Virus record (IMG/VR): IMGVR_UViG_3300032287_003559 | Span: 111,136-175,135 of that record | Origin: a virus | Direction: 5' to 3' (one strand) | Length of the DNA stretch: 64,000 nt | Shown: one piece after another, positions 38,601 through 47,800 of the stretch | Position numbering within the stretch: the first letter of the stretch is position 1 | Layout: each line of letters begins with the position of its first letter | Program-made: the position numbers and the translations under genes | The notes under the pieces: generated by a model | The model's database searches: none | What the model saw: the letters and a program-made list of their open reading frames with translations, nothing else | What the model was told of the DNA's origin: nothing

Positions 38601-39278
38601 ATATCTGCTATTTTAATCCCACCTCCATGTGCTAAAAAAATTGGAGGAAAGGGAGTTGTTAATAGGGTTATTGTAGAGGACCCAGGAAATGGATATCTGC
38701 CTGTCGAAAAACCTGGTACTGGATATCCAGTTACTCTTGTTTTAGATCAAGTAATTGTAGAAAGTCCTGGAATTAATTATCGTTGTGGGGAGGATCAAAT
38801 TCAAATCACTCCCAATAATGGAGCTGCCTTAGATTACACATGTGATTCTTTTGGAAGAATCACTGAAGTTAAAGTATTAAATTCTGGAGTTGGATTTAAT
38901 GCTTATCCACAAATAAGTATGCCTTCCGAAACAGGAGTAAATGCATCATTCCGTCCAGTATTTCGTATCGTTAGAGATCCTCTTCTTCCACCAGAAAAAA
39001 TAATTCAGGTTACTGATCTCGTTGGTCTTAAGCAAACTGGATATGTGGATGGAAGATCATATTATGGTGCTGTTTATTATGATCAAGGTATAAGATATGC
39101 TGGATACTATAAGACTATAGGAACTCAGATTAGAGTTTATGATACTCTACAGGAGAGCATTACTGCGAAAGTTACTACAACCCCAAGTGCTATTCAGAGA
39201 TCTGGTACTGATATTACAAGTAATGATCCTACACTTAACATTCCAGGAACTCCCCAATCAGCAACAGAGCAACCTTAA
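35613..39278 (+). CDS. Large virion protein with PA14-like domains and an internal duplication
   Basis: Repeated (G.Y.F...DN...IDG..G.H.I.VE) modules and G.GY motifs. Confidence 0.65.
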   Translation: MSFNLFASPSKDDISVGYIDPTLGYVDGVSICEANNYAKDNPGTTFIFVDGDNNIQYLNINEVNRLTTNNLVSTATTCAGIQAYKECGPPRIQFFGGGGIGAVGNPVIGKDGALLAVDLVYGGNGYQYPPIVAAKDDCQFGNGAVLTAILGETADEIEVYEGEDDFEEYELCEDTDVGYGTVYGRDGEEIGPWEPKTYTKIGEDPIKREIEIYQRALENPFWTTRKTQPDRIIALGEEYSNSYNATHPEWGEFMNQYAISPVKPSDLVGSDEAGKVFTLEWEQNFPISGEYIFRGVCDNSAQVYIDNSLIGDLLSFKQNPSPLQKTIREGNHIIRIDLFNAPIEENVSKTTTTSTATNLNAKFVQKGSNFYLQVDGSGTGEISFVMDVNDASYIAGLAAKEVRIPSDNGKVAFKRTTFQYSNITNLIPEALTEETIKKSGTFSGGKTYGPIEIIGAAPGARGPIPIKNSSNKLALRDADGDDANIKITITKVSSTSSTSTTTTEKIISSKSWNQNPVGVSMLIEAPTPIIPQEQPPIQTGRCPPNPIWSTRFPGSVQKWYPVRFTKNNAWSTFMNRYAISPVPPLNTPGSDTSGSTFSNSWDVDLPYAGYYGVKGTRDNRGRILIDGKEISTLDGFNTNNPKLTKVYLTKGKHTITVEVYNIPIETNSSVDTKIFSTQDWRVPAPLSSGSLSAKFIQEGTNFYLKVDGSGTGKISFVMDVNDASYIAGLAAKEVQIPSDSGKVKLQRTIFQYSDITNLIPDALTKETIKGSGTFTGGKKYGPIQIIGAAPGARGPIPIKNGSNKLALRDADGDDENIKITISNVSASSVNNAVTNTSQSPTKNGVNYDGPELFGYVDSRWSKFMNDYSVSPKVFTSINSPDERVVGKYILTWKNINFPQDGIYKFNFQSDNIATLKVGGKEIYKTSDFNGDKVQYTFNASAGTYDIVIELENIRSSTNKGKDTTFSINPMGVALYISKDVTFSDSNKTPWTDNPMAISAILIPPPCAKKIGGKGVVNRVIVEDPGNGYLPVEKPGTGYPVTLVLDQVIVESPGINYRCGEDQIQITPNNGAALDYTCDSFGRITEVKVLNSGVGFNAYPQISMPSETGVNASFRPVFRIVRDPLLPPEKIIQVTDLVGLKQTGYVDGRSYYGAVYYDQGIRYAGYYKTIGTQIRVYDTLQESITAKVTTTPSAIQRSGTDITSNDPTLNIPGTPQSATEQP
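36693..38076 (+). repeat. About 390-bp direct duplication (approx. 36693-37080 and 37689-38076)
   Basis: Near-identical AKFxQxGxNFYLxVDGSGTG...KLALRDADGDDxNIKITI with long identical DNA stretches. Confidence 0.9.
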
Positions 39279-39314
39279 AATTCTATTAAATAGTACTATA
39301 TTGAATTTTCAATA

Positions 39315-39959
39315 ATGGCTACAGCCCAAAACAGTAACAATACAAAATTAACAGTTCCTTTAGGTAAAGAAGGAACATCTATTAATCAAACTGCAAAACA
39401 AAATTATACTGCTATTCGCTATGGAAATGATCATGGTTCAATTAGTTTTGGGCATATTCATAAACAAGCTGACGTAGTTGCTGATGTGATGCTTCAGGCA
39501 TCTGACGGTAGACATTCTATTATTCTTGATAAAGATGGACCAAGAAAAGGATGTACTCAAATTACTTCTCCTGGACGCATATCAATCGAATCTGGGATTG
39601 ATAAGAAGGAAGCAGAAGATACTCTATTCATTCATTCGTATAATGGTAACATAGATATTATTGCATCAAATGGAAAAATAAGACTTCAAGGAACTGATAT
39701 TGAATTAAATGCTGTTGGTGAAGGTGGATCAAAAGGAAATATTAGAATAAATGCATCTCAAAATATTGCATTGGATGCTACAGAGATTACCATCAATGCT
39801 AAATCTTATTATAAACTAGCAACTCCAGGTACTGCAGAAATTGCTGCAAATGCTGGAATGTCTTTATATGCTTCACTCATTCGTGGAGTAAGTGATGCTG
39901 TTTGTAATAAAGATTCAAAAGTTGGTGGAAGATCAATTCAAAAGAAAAATACAAAATAA
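39315..39959 (+). CDS. Virion structural protein (spike/beta-helix-like)
   Basis: Beta-strand repeats (NIDIIA.NGKIRL, NIRINA); late promoter upstream. Confidence 0.55.
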   Translation: MATAQNSNNTKLTVPLGKEGTSINQTAKQNYTAIRYGNDHGSISFGHIHKQADVVADVMLQASDGRHSIILDKDGPRKGCTQITSPGRISIESGIDKKEAEDTLFIHSYNGNIDIIASNGKIRLQGTDIELNAVGEGGSKGNIRINASQNIALDATEITINAKSYYKLATPGTAEIAANAGMSLYASLIRGVSDAVCNKDSKVGGRSIQKKNTK

Positions 39960-39970
39960 GGAGAAAAATC

Positions 39971-40633
39971 ATGGCGTTTTTAATGGATGATAATGCAGTA
40001 GGTGGACAGATGATGGTTGGTGCTGGAACACCAAAAGCACTTGGTATTGGACCAGCAAAAATTAATGGGTCTGCATATGTTGAGGGTCCATTACAAACTG
40101 GTGCTGCAGGTGAACATAACACTTGTAAAGCAACTTTAATGGTTGGACAATTAAGGAATAAAGATGCAAAGACAATTCCATTATATTCTTTGTGGGTAAG
40201 ACTTTATTCAAGGTTTCAAAGTTTTGTAAGAGTTGATTTACTTCTTAAGTCAACTTATATTGAAGCAAAAGTTATAAGAACTAAAATTCTTCAGGCATCT
40301 ATTAAAAATTTTGTAATTGATCACCCAACTAAAGAGGGTAAAAAATTAGTCCATACTTGTCTCGAAGGTCCAGAAAACGGAGTTTATGTTCGCGGAAGAT
40401 TGTTAAATAGGACTGAAATTGAACTACCTGAGTATTGGACTGGACTAGTTGATGAAACAACCATCACAGTATCAATTACTCCTATAGGAGCTCATCAAGA
40501 CATTATTGTTAAAAGGATAGGAGATAATAAAGTTTATCTTCAAGCAAAACCTGGAGTTCCTATTAACTGTTTTTATCATATTTTTGGAACGAGAAAAGAT
40601 GTACCTAGATTAATTACGGAGATTGAGGAATAA
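39971..40633 (+). CDS. Virion protein with FxIxHP..LxHxCLEGPE C-terminal domain
   Basis: KNFVIDHP..LVHTCLEGPENGVYVRG; paralogous to the next gene. Confidence 0.65.
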   Translation: MAFLMDDNAVGGQMMVGAGTPKALGIGPAKINGSAYVEGPLQTGAAGEHNTCKATLMVGQLRNKDAKTIPLYSLWVRLYSRFQSFVRVDLLLKSTYIEAKVIRTKILQASIKNFVIDHPTKEGKKLVHTCLEGPENGVYVRGRLLNRTEIELPEYWTGLVDETTITVSITPIGAHQDIIVKRIGDNKVYLQAKPGVPINCFYHIFGTRKDVPRLITEIEE

Positions 40634-41352
40634 TGGCTTATACATTTGAAAAGTACGGAACTTTTGCTGGTCCAGGAGTCAGTATTGAATATAGAGATAA
40701 TGATGATTTCTCGGTAGAACCATTTGAGGGTTACTTTAATTTAAGTGATGTATCAATGGTTCTCGTAAATACTTCGGAATCTCCCTCAGATTATGTTTAC
40801 ATGCACTTAAATGGAACCAGCACATCAACCGTTACTTTGGAGAGAAACTCTGGGACTATACCAAATTTTATTGTAAATGCTGATAATTCCACTTTTAGTG
40901 GTGAAGTAAAATCGAATGGTGGAGTGCATAAACTTTCCAACAAGAAAAACTTTGATATCCCACATCCAAATAAACCTGGATGGAGACTTCGCCATACCTG
41001 TCTAGAAGGTCCTGAGAATGCTGTATATTTTAGAGGAAAGTTAAAAGATACTAATATAATAGAATTTCCAGAATATTGGAAAGGATTTGTTGACCCAGAA
41101 AGTATTACAGTTACTCTAACTCAAATAGGAACATCTCAGGATTTAATTATTGAAAAAATTGAGTTAGAGACTGGTATTAGTATAAAATCCGGAAATGCTT
41201 CAAGTATTAATTGTTATTATCTAGTACACGGAACTCGTTCGGATGGGGAAAACTTAATTGTTGAGTATGAGGGTAATTCTCCAGCAGATTATCCTGGAGA
41301 TAATAGTGAATATTCTGTTGCTGGATATCATTATGATACCAAAGGGAGATAA
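40633..41352 (+). CDS. Paralogous virion protein with FxIxHP..LxHxCLEGPE domain
   Basis: KNFDIPHP..LRHTCLEGPENAVYFRG. Confidence 0.65.
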   Translation: MAYTFEKYGTFAGPGVSIEYRDNDDFSVEPFEGYFNLSDVSMVLVNTSESPSDYVYMHLNGTSTSTVTLERNSGTIPNFIVNADNSTFSGEVKSNGGVHKLSNKKNFDIPHPNKPGWRLRHTCLEGPENAVYFRGKLKDTNIIEFPEYWKGFVDPESITVTLTQIGTSQDLIIEKIELETGISIKSGNASSINCYYLVHGTRSDGENLIVEYEGNSPADYPGDNSEYSVAGYHYDTKGR

Positions 41353-41355
41353 TAA

Positions 41356-41715
41356 ATGCCGATAAACATATTATATAAGACTGGTTCGCCTGGAATCGTT
41401 ACCGTAGGAACTTATACTACAAATACTGATCCAACATATGATACTTATTATTCTACACAGAATATTGATGTAGGAATTACTACCGCAACATCTGTAAATG
41501 TTTCTGGAATGATAACTTCCAGCTCTTTGAACGTTTCTGGAATGATAACTTCAAGTTCTTTGGTTGTTTCTGGAATAACAACTGTTGGACTCGGAACAAC
41601 TTCATCTCCTCTAAATTCTCAACTATCATTTGAACTTACTAGTAATACTAATTTGAGAATTAAAGTTCGTGGAAGTGATGGAATTTTGAGATCTGCAAAC
41701 ATTACCCTCGCATGA
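41356..41715 (+). CDS. Small fibre-like protein with 11-aa tandem repeats
   Basis: NVSGMITSSSL about 2.5 times (33-bp unit, approx. 41497-41580). Confidence 0.65.
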   Translation: MPINILYKTGSPGIVTVGTYTTNTDPTYDTYYSTQNIDVGITTATSVNVSGMITSSSLNVSGMITSSSLVVSGITTVGLGTTSSPLNSQLSFELTSNTNLRIKVRGSDGILRSANITLA

Positions 41716-41718
41716 CCC

Positions 41719-41747
41719 TTGACTTTGGGGGATGGACCTGCTATGAT
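41719..41747 (+). promoter_or_regulatory. Sigma70-like promoter
   Basis: TTGACT -17 bp- TATGAT. Confidence 0.6.
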
Positions 41748-41772
41748 ACCTAGGTAATCAAGAAACGAACCA

Positions 41773-41955
41773 ATGCAAGACGAGTACCTGACACGATGCG
41801 TGGTCGATCCCCTGAAGCGTACTGTTTATCTGTATTCTAATGAAGGTGGAGAAAAGCAAGTGTCCTGTGATACTGTTGAAGAGTTTATGAACGTGCTAGA
41901 CTTTGTTCGTGCTACAGTGGATGAAGAGACTCTCTCATACGCAAATCCACTTTGA
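41773..41955 (+). CDS. Hypothetical protein
   Basis: 60-aa ORF after the promoter. Confidence 0.7.
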   Translation: MQDEYLTRCVVDPLKRTVYLYSNEGGEKQVSCDTVEEFMNVLDFVRATVDEETLSYANPL

Positions 41956-42018
41956 GTTCCATTTTTGGTCGAAAAAAATCCCGGCAAATTTTCTCACACG
42001 ATACTTTTTTGAAAAAGT

Positions 42019-42225
42019 ATGAATTTACACAAAATCTCATATAAAAACCTCAAAGAGGAACCAGTCAAAACAACACCAGAAAATGTAAAAGAGGCAAATG
42101 AATCCCTCTTTACTGCAAAATGGAATCTTCCTCAAGCAGCAAAACACTGCGGAATGTCACAAAAAGAAATGAAGTTGACATTCTGGGAGTATCTCAAGTA
42201 TAATCCTATCACCTATAAAGGGTGA
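42019..42225 (+). CDS. Hypothetical protein (possible HTH)
   Basis: WNLPQAAKHCGMSQKEM. Confidence 0.65.
   Translation: MNLHKISYKNLKEEPVKTTPENVKEANESLFTAKWNLPQAAKHCGMSQKEMKLTFWEYLKYNPITYKG
42175..42204 (+). promoter_or_regulatory. Sigma70-like promoter for the tRNA
   Basis: TTGACA -18 bp- TATAAT, about 30 nt upstream of tRNA-Leu. Confidence 0.6.
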
Positions 42226-42233
42226 TTTTTCTT

Positions 42234-42308
42234 GGGCGGGTAGTCCAACTGGCAGGAGACACCAAACTTAAAATTTGTACAGTGCGGGTTCGAATCCCGC
42301 TCCGCCTA
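42234..42308 (+). tRNA. tRNA-Leu(UAA), short variable loop, CCA not encoded
   Basis: Acceptor GGGCGGG/TCCGCCT-A; anticodon loop CT-TAA-AA (TAA 42269-42271); T arm GCGGG-TTCGAAT-CCCGC. Confidence 0.85.
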
Positions 42309-42339
42309 TTAGGAGACATTATTATAAATAACTATGGTT

Positions 42340-42813
42340 ATGTCTTCTAAAATGATACGAAACGCATATAAATCTACCGATGCTGAATTTATTCAAGCAG
42401 TAAAATCTTCTAATTCTATTAGAGAAGCACTGATGAAATTAAATTTAAAAGCAGCAGGAGGAAATTATGAATGCTTTCATAAAAGAGTTAAAGAGTTAAA
42501 TCTTTCGATAAAACACTTTACAGATCCTAAAGCGTGGAACAAAGGTAAAAAATTTGGTCCAAAAAGATCATTAGAAGAATATTTAAGTGGAGTTCCAATT
42601 CAATCTCATAAACTTAAGTTAAGACTTATCGCTGAAGGAATAAAGGAACATAAATGCGAAGATTGTGGTATAATTGAATGGAGAGGAAATCCAACTCCAA
42701 TCGAATTAGATCATATAAATGGTAATCATCACGATAATCGTTTAGAAAATCTCCGTTTGTTATGTCCCAACTGCCACGCACAGACACCAACCTATCGTGG
42801 TAGAAATAAATAA
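42340..42813 (+). CDS. HNH homing endonuclease
   Basis: HKCEDC, LDHINGNHHDNRLENLRLLCPNCH; TATAAATA late promoter at 42323. Confidence 0.9.
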   Translation: MSSKMIRNAYKSTDAEFIQAVKSSNSIREALMKLNLKAAGGNYECFHKRVKELNLSIKHFTDPKAWNKGKKFGPKRSLEEYLSGVPIQSHKLKLRLIAEGIKEHKCEDCGIIEWRGNPTPIELDHINGNHHDNRLENLRLLCPNCHAQTPTYRGRNK

Positions 42814-42832
42814 TCAAAAGTAGGAACATCCT

Positions 42833-43102
42833 ATGAAGTACCGTATTGATGCAAGATATTGCTGGTACAATAGAGGAACTCAATTAGTTCTGATGTACTT
42901 TATAAATCAGGTTCCTTTTACTTTTGATGATCTTCCAGATAGTTATTTGTACGATTTGGAACTCATAGAATTAGCAGACAAAGAAAGACGCTTCGAACCA
43001 GAGGACTTATATAGATCATCATTCTATTTGATTGATGAAGAGTGTCATCCAATGTTATTTGAAGTTGAACTGGAAAACCCAGAAATGATGCCTGCTGATT
43101 AA
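42833..43102 (+). CDS. Hypothetical protein
   Basis: 89-aa ORF with AGGA RBS. Confidence 0.7.
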   Translation: MKYRIDARYCWYNRGTQLVLMYFINQVPFTFDDLPDSYLYDLELIELADKERRFEPEDLYRSSFYLIDEECHPMLFEVELENPEMMPAD

Positions 43103-43103
43103 T

Positions 43104-43175
43104 GCCCTTGTAGCTCAGTGGTAGAGCAACGGTTTTGTAAACCGTTGGTCGCTGGTTCAAATCCGGTCGGGGGCT
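43104..43175 (+). tRNA. tRNA-Thr(UGU)
   Basis: GCCCTTG/CGGGGGC acceptor; ACGGT-TT-TGT-AA-ACCGT anticodon arm; GGTTCAAATCC T arm. Confidence 0.93.
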
Positions 43176-43197
43176 TTAGTTCTTATAAAACTATAAA

Positions 43198-43371
43198 ATG
43201 AAAATCAATCTTTGGTACTGTGAATCTATGCAACAATGGCGTTGGACTTTATCTGACGACTCACGACCGATTGTGAAACAAGAATCAGGGCAGCAACCAT
43301 TTCTTCGTGATGCTATGAATGATGTAGCAAATACGGTGGAATATATGTTAAAATGCAAACAAAGTGAGTAA
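43198..43371 (+). CDS. 57-aa hypothetical protein (MKINLWYCESMQQWRWTL...)
   Basis: Translated by hand; below the ORF-track cut-off. Confidence 0.65.
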   Translation: MKINLWYCESMQQWRWTLSDDSRPIVKQESGQQPFLRDAMNDVANTVEYMLKCKQSE

Positions 43372-43462
43372 TTGGAGGCAGCAACTAGTGTCTTGGCGGA
43401 TTTAGTTGTGTAAGACCTCCTTTTATAGTATAATAAATATTATTAGTCAACGCCAAGACACG

Positions 43463-44134
43463 ATGAACGAATATTATACATACGCATATCTGCGTGAAAA
43501 CGGAACTCCCTATTACATTGGTAAAGGTAAAGGAAGAAGAGTCTATAGAAAAGATAGAAGAATAAAACCACCAATAGATAAATCAAGGATTATTTTTCTC
43601 AAACAAAATCTCACTGAAGAGAAAGCATTTAAGCACGAAATTTATATGATTTCTGTGTTTGGAAGAAAAGATTTAGCAACCGGAATACTTCAAAATAGAA
43701 CAAACGGTGGAGAAGGAACTTCTGGTTCTCCGAGAGTTATTAGTGATGAGCACAAAGAGAAATTGAGAAAAATTGCAAAAGGAAGAAAAGTTGGAGAAGA
43801 AACTAGAAGAAAATTAAGAGAAATTCATAAAAATAAAAAATTTTCCGAAGAATCTAGGAAAAAAATGAGTGATAGTAAAGTCGGTAGTAAATTATCAGAA
43901 GAACATAAAAATAATATATCAAAATCTCAAAAAAATAGAAATAATGAACTTTACAGAAAATATGTTTATACTTTTACTTCTCCTTCTGGCGAAACTATAA
44001 TTACCACAGAAATATCAGATTTTTGTTTTAAACATAATTTAACATACTCTAAAGTTAATTATGTTGCTAGAGGGATTTATAGTCAACATAAAGGATGGAA
44101 AGTAACCAGAAAATTAAAAGATGTCAGCAAATAA
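43463..44134 (+). CDS. GIY-YIG homing endonuclease with NUMOD3 repeats
   Basis: YYTYAYLRENGTPYYIGKG, NRTNGGEG, repeated SEE(H/S)(K/R)xK(I/M)S. Confidence 0.88.
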   Translation: MNEYYTYAYLRENGTPYYIGKGKGRRVYRKDRRIKPPIDKSRIIFLKQNLTEEKAFKHEIYMISVFGRKDLATGILQNRTNGGEGTSGSPRVISDEHKEKLRKIAKGRKVGEETRRKLREIHKNKKFSEESRKKMSDSKVGSKLSEEHKNNISKSQKNRNNELYRKYVYTFTSPSGETIITTEISDFCFKHNLTYSKVNYVARGIYSQHKGWKVTRKLKDVSK

Positions 44135-44152
44135 GCACAAATACTCATTTTT

Positions 44153-44773
44153 ATGAAAAGTCAGTACTACATAGAACGGGTGACAAAAAAAGAACTTGAA
44201 TCACTCTTTTTAACTCATCATTACCTTAAGGATGAAAGTAAAACTTTTAAGTCTTGGTATAATTATGGACTTTTCAAACATACTGACTGGGAATGCCCTC
44301 TTAATATTGGCGGCTGTCTTGGTGGGATTGTTTTCACTAGTCTCCCAGTTCCAGAAATTGCCGTAGGTGCGTTTGGTTTAGAAAGAAATCAGCAGGAAGG
44401 AATATATGAGTTATCAAGACTTTGTATTCATCCTGATATTCAAAAAGAAGAATACAATATTACTTCTTGGTTCGTTAGTCGTTGCATAAGGAGATTTAGG
44501 AAAGATGCCACAGTTCGTGCTATTCTTAGTTACGCTGACTCTAATCACCACTCTGGAATTATATACAGAGCTTGTAATTTTCAATACTACGGTTTAACAG
44601 ATTCTAAGAAAGATTTCTATTATGCCGATGGTACAAAACACTCTAGAGGGTCTGTAAAGGGTGTTGACGGTGAATGGAGATCTCGTAGCAGAAAACATAG
44701 ATACTTAATGATTTTTGATAAAGAACTTCAAAAAAAGTTGACTTGGAAGGAAGAGAAGTGGTATAATAATTAG
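44153..44773 (+). CDS. Mom-like (GNAT-fold) DNA modification protein
   Basis: HHYL, YELSRLCI, ILSYADS..HSGIIYRACNF.YYG, KHRY. Confidence 0.7.
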   Translation: MKSQYYIERVTKKELESLFLTHHYLKDESKTFKSWYNYGLFKHTDWECPLNIGGCLGGIVFTSLPVPEIAVGAFGLERNQQEGIYELSRLCIHPDIQKEEYNITSWFVSRCIRRFRKDATVRAILSYADSNHHSGIIYRACNFQYYGLTDSKKDFYYADGTKHSRGSVKGVDGEWRSRSRKHRYLMIFDKELQKKLTWKEEKWYNN

Positions 44774-44792
44774 GTGTGAAGGAAGTACGCTG

Positions 44793-44824
44793 AAGAGACT
44801 GAGATTAATCTCAGTCTCTTTTTT
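44793..44824 (+). terminator. Rho-independent terminator
   Basis: AAGAGACTGAGAT/ATCTCAGTCTCTT plus T-run. Confidence 0.85.
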
Positions 44825-44868
44825 CTTGTAATAAATAACTTATAACGGAAACTATAAGTGCTAATAAG

Positions 44869-47800
44869 ATGGGTCTCTCACGTCTAGATAATTTTTTAAA
44901 GTCAGTTCGCGGAACGATTCTCTACGTTGATCCAAATAGTCTTGATGCTACAGACAGTATCGAAAATCAAGGAAATTCTCTAACTCGTCCGTTTAAGACG
45001 ATTCAAAGAGCATTAATCGAGGCAGCAAGATTTTCATATCAAAGAGGATTGAATAACGATAGATTTGGTAAAACAACCATCCTTCTTTATCCTGGAGACC
45101 ATGTTGTTGATAATCGTCCTGGATGGATTCCAGACGGATCAAATAATTTTAGATTGAGAAATGGTTCAACTTCTAATGATTTTCCGCCATTTGATCTAAT
45201 AACAAATTTTGATGTTACTACACAAGACAATCAACTTTATAAGCTTAATAGCATTTATGGCGGTGTAATAGTTCCCCGTGGTACTTCTATTGTTGGATTG
45301 GATTTAAGAAAGACAAAGATTCGTCCAAAATACGTACCAGACCCAACAAATAATAGTATCGAAAGATCGACCATTTTTAGAATTACTGGTGGATGTTATT
45401 TCTGGCAGTTTTCTATGTTCGATGCTGATCCAAATGGACAGTGTTATATTGATTACACGAGTAACTTATTTGTTCCCAATTTTTCTCACCATAAGCTTAC
45501 ATGTTTTGAATATGCTGACGGCGTAAACAATGTAAGTATTAATGATGACTTTATTTCAGGATATACATCAGATCGTACTGATCTTGATATGTATTATGAA
45601 AAGGTTGGTCTTGCCTATGGGCAATCTTCTGGTCGAGCAATTGAACCAGATTATCCATCAACTGGACTTGATATTCAACCTAAGATTGATGAATATAGAA
45701 TTGTTGGTCCAACAGGAGGTTCTGTAGGAATCACAAGCATTAAGGCAGGTAATGGTGTAACTCCTACGACAATAGTCACAGTAACAACATCTTCTTCGGT
45801 TGATGGTTTAGATGTAGATACTTCATTCCGTATTCAAGGAATTTCTGTAACTGGATATAATGGGCAATTTACAGTTTCTGAAAAATTAAGTGATACGCAA
45901 TTTACATATCAAGTTCAGAATGCACCAGCATCTGCATTACCAAGTGTAGCAGGAGCAACGTTATCTCTAAGTTCAGATACAGTTGCTTCAGCATCTCCAT
46001 ACATTTTCAATATTTCTTTACGTTCTGTTTATGGAATGTGTGGTGTTCTTGCTGATGGTGATAAAGCTTCTGGATTTAAATCAGTTGTTATTGCGCAATT
46101 CACTGGAATTGGATTGCAAAAAGATGATAATGCTTTTGTAGTTTATAACTCAAGCACTGGACAGTATGATGATACTACAGTTGCTGGAAATGAGACAATC
46201 AGTAATAACTCAAGAGCAATCTTTAAACCTTCATATCGAAATTTCCATATTAAAGCAATTAATGATGCATTTATTCAGAATGTTTCTATCTTCGCAATTG
46301 GATATGCAGAACATTTTGCGGTAGAAAGTGGTGGAGACTTTTCCGTAACTAACTCAAACTCAAACTTTGGCGCAAAGGCACTTGTTGCAACAGGTTTCAG
46401 AAGAAATGCTTTCCCACAAGACGATCAAGGATATATTACTCACATTATTCCGCCAAAAGAAGTTTCAATAACAGAAACCGCGATTGAATTTAATTCGATT
46501 GATGTAAGCAGAACTGTTGGCGTTGCATCAACTGGAAATCTTTATCTTTATAACCAAACAAACTTTGATGTTCCACCTGAAAATGTTTTAGAAGGATATC
46601 GAATTGGTGCGAGAGAAAATGACCAGTTAAAAGTTTTAATTTCAACTGCTGGAATTGTAACTGAATTCACTTCTCGTATCGTAATGCCTGGTTCTCAATC
46701 CAGTTCTGAGAAAAGATTTTATGTAAACAGAAATGCTGTTGGTATTAATAGTATTAGTAATAATACCTTCACATTAACACAAAATCATACTCTATTCAAT
46801 GGAGAATCAATTCGTATTATAAGTGATACCGGACAAATTCCCGATGGATTATCTCCAAATACTGTTTACTATGCAATTACAAGTGATAATACTTCAAGTG
46901 GACTAACAACTACTTCTCAAATTAAAGTTGCAAAAACAAAAAATGATGCAGTAAATGCTACTGCGATTTCAGTTAACAACAAAGGTGGTCTTTTAAGTAT
47001 TGTAAGTAGAGTTTCTGATAAAGATTCTGGTGATATTGGACACCCAATTCAATATGATTCCACTAATTCTCAATGGTATATTAAGGTAGCAGCTGCAGCA
47101 ACTGAAAACTCAATATATTCTCGTGTTGTAAGTCTAGGAACAGCATTGCTCGGAGCAGCAACACCAAGAACCTATATTACACGTAAACAAGATAATAGAA
47201 GTTCAACAGACACTATCTACCGTGTTAGATATGTAATTCCACAATCCACAGGTTCGGTTGCCGCAAGACCTCCGAGTGATGGATTTATTCTTCAAGAATC
47301 TAATACATCAATTGGATCAACAAACGGAGAAATTCAAACATACTTCGGCAGTGGATCTATTACAAATGTAAATCAACAAAGAAACTTTAGATTTATTGCT
47401 GGAGCAAACTGGTCTGGTTCTGTTGCAAATATAACCACAGAACTTCCACACAATTTATCTGTTGGTTCTATTGTTGAACTTGTAAATGTTAAAAGTTCAA
47501 CAAACCCAACAGCAGCAAGCAATTCTGGATTCAACGGAACTTATGTTGTTAGCGGAATTAGTAGTTCAAAGAATTTCTCTGTAGGACTTACTACAAATCC
47601 AGGAACATTTTCTAACGATACTTCTTCAAGGACAACTGCTCTTCCATATTTTAAGAGAAAGAATTATAAAAATACATACTATGTTTATAGAAATCAAGAA
47701 GCACAAAAGTATATTAGTGGGCAGCAAGACGGTATCTATTACCTAACTCTTGTTAATTCATCAAATTCACCAATAGTTACACCATTTACTCAAGAAAAAT

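Noticed and set aside
42963-43160. Minus-strand ORF 'MNQRPTVYKTVALPLSY'
   Set aside because: Antisense translation of tRNA-Thr.
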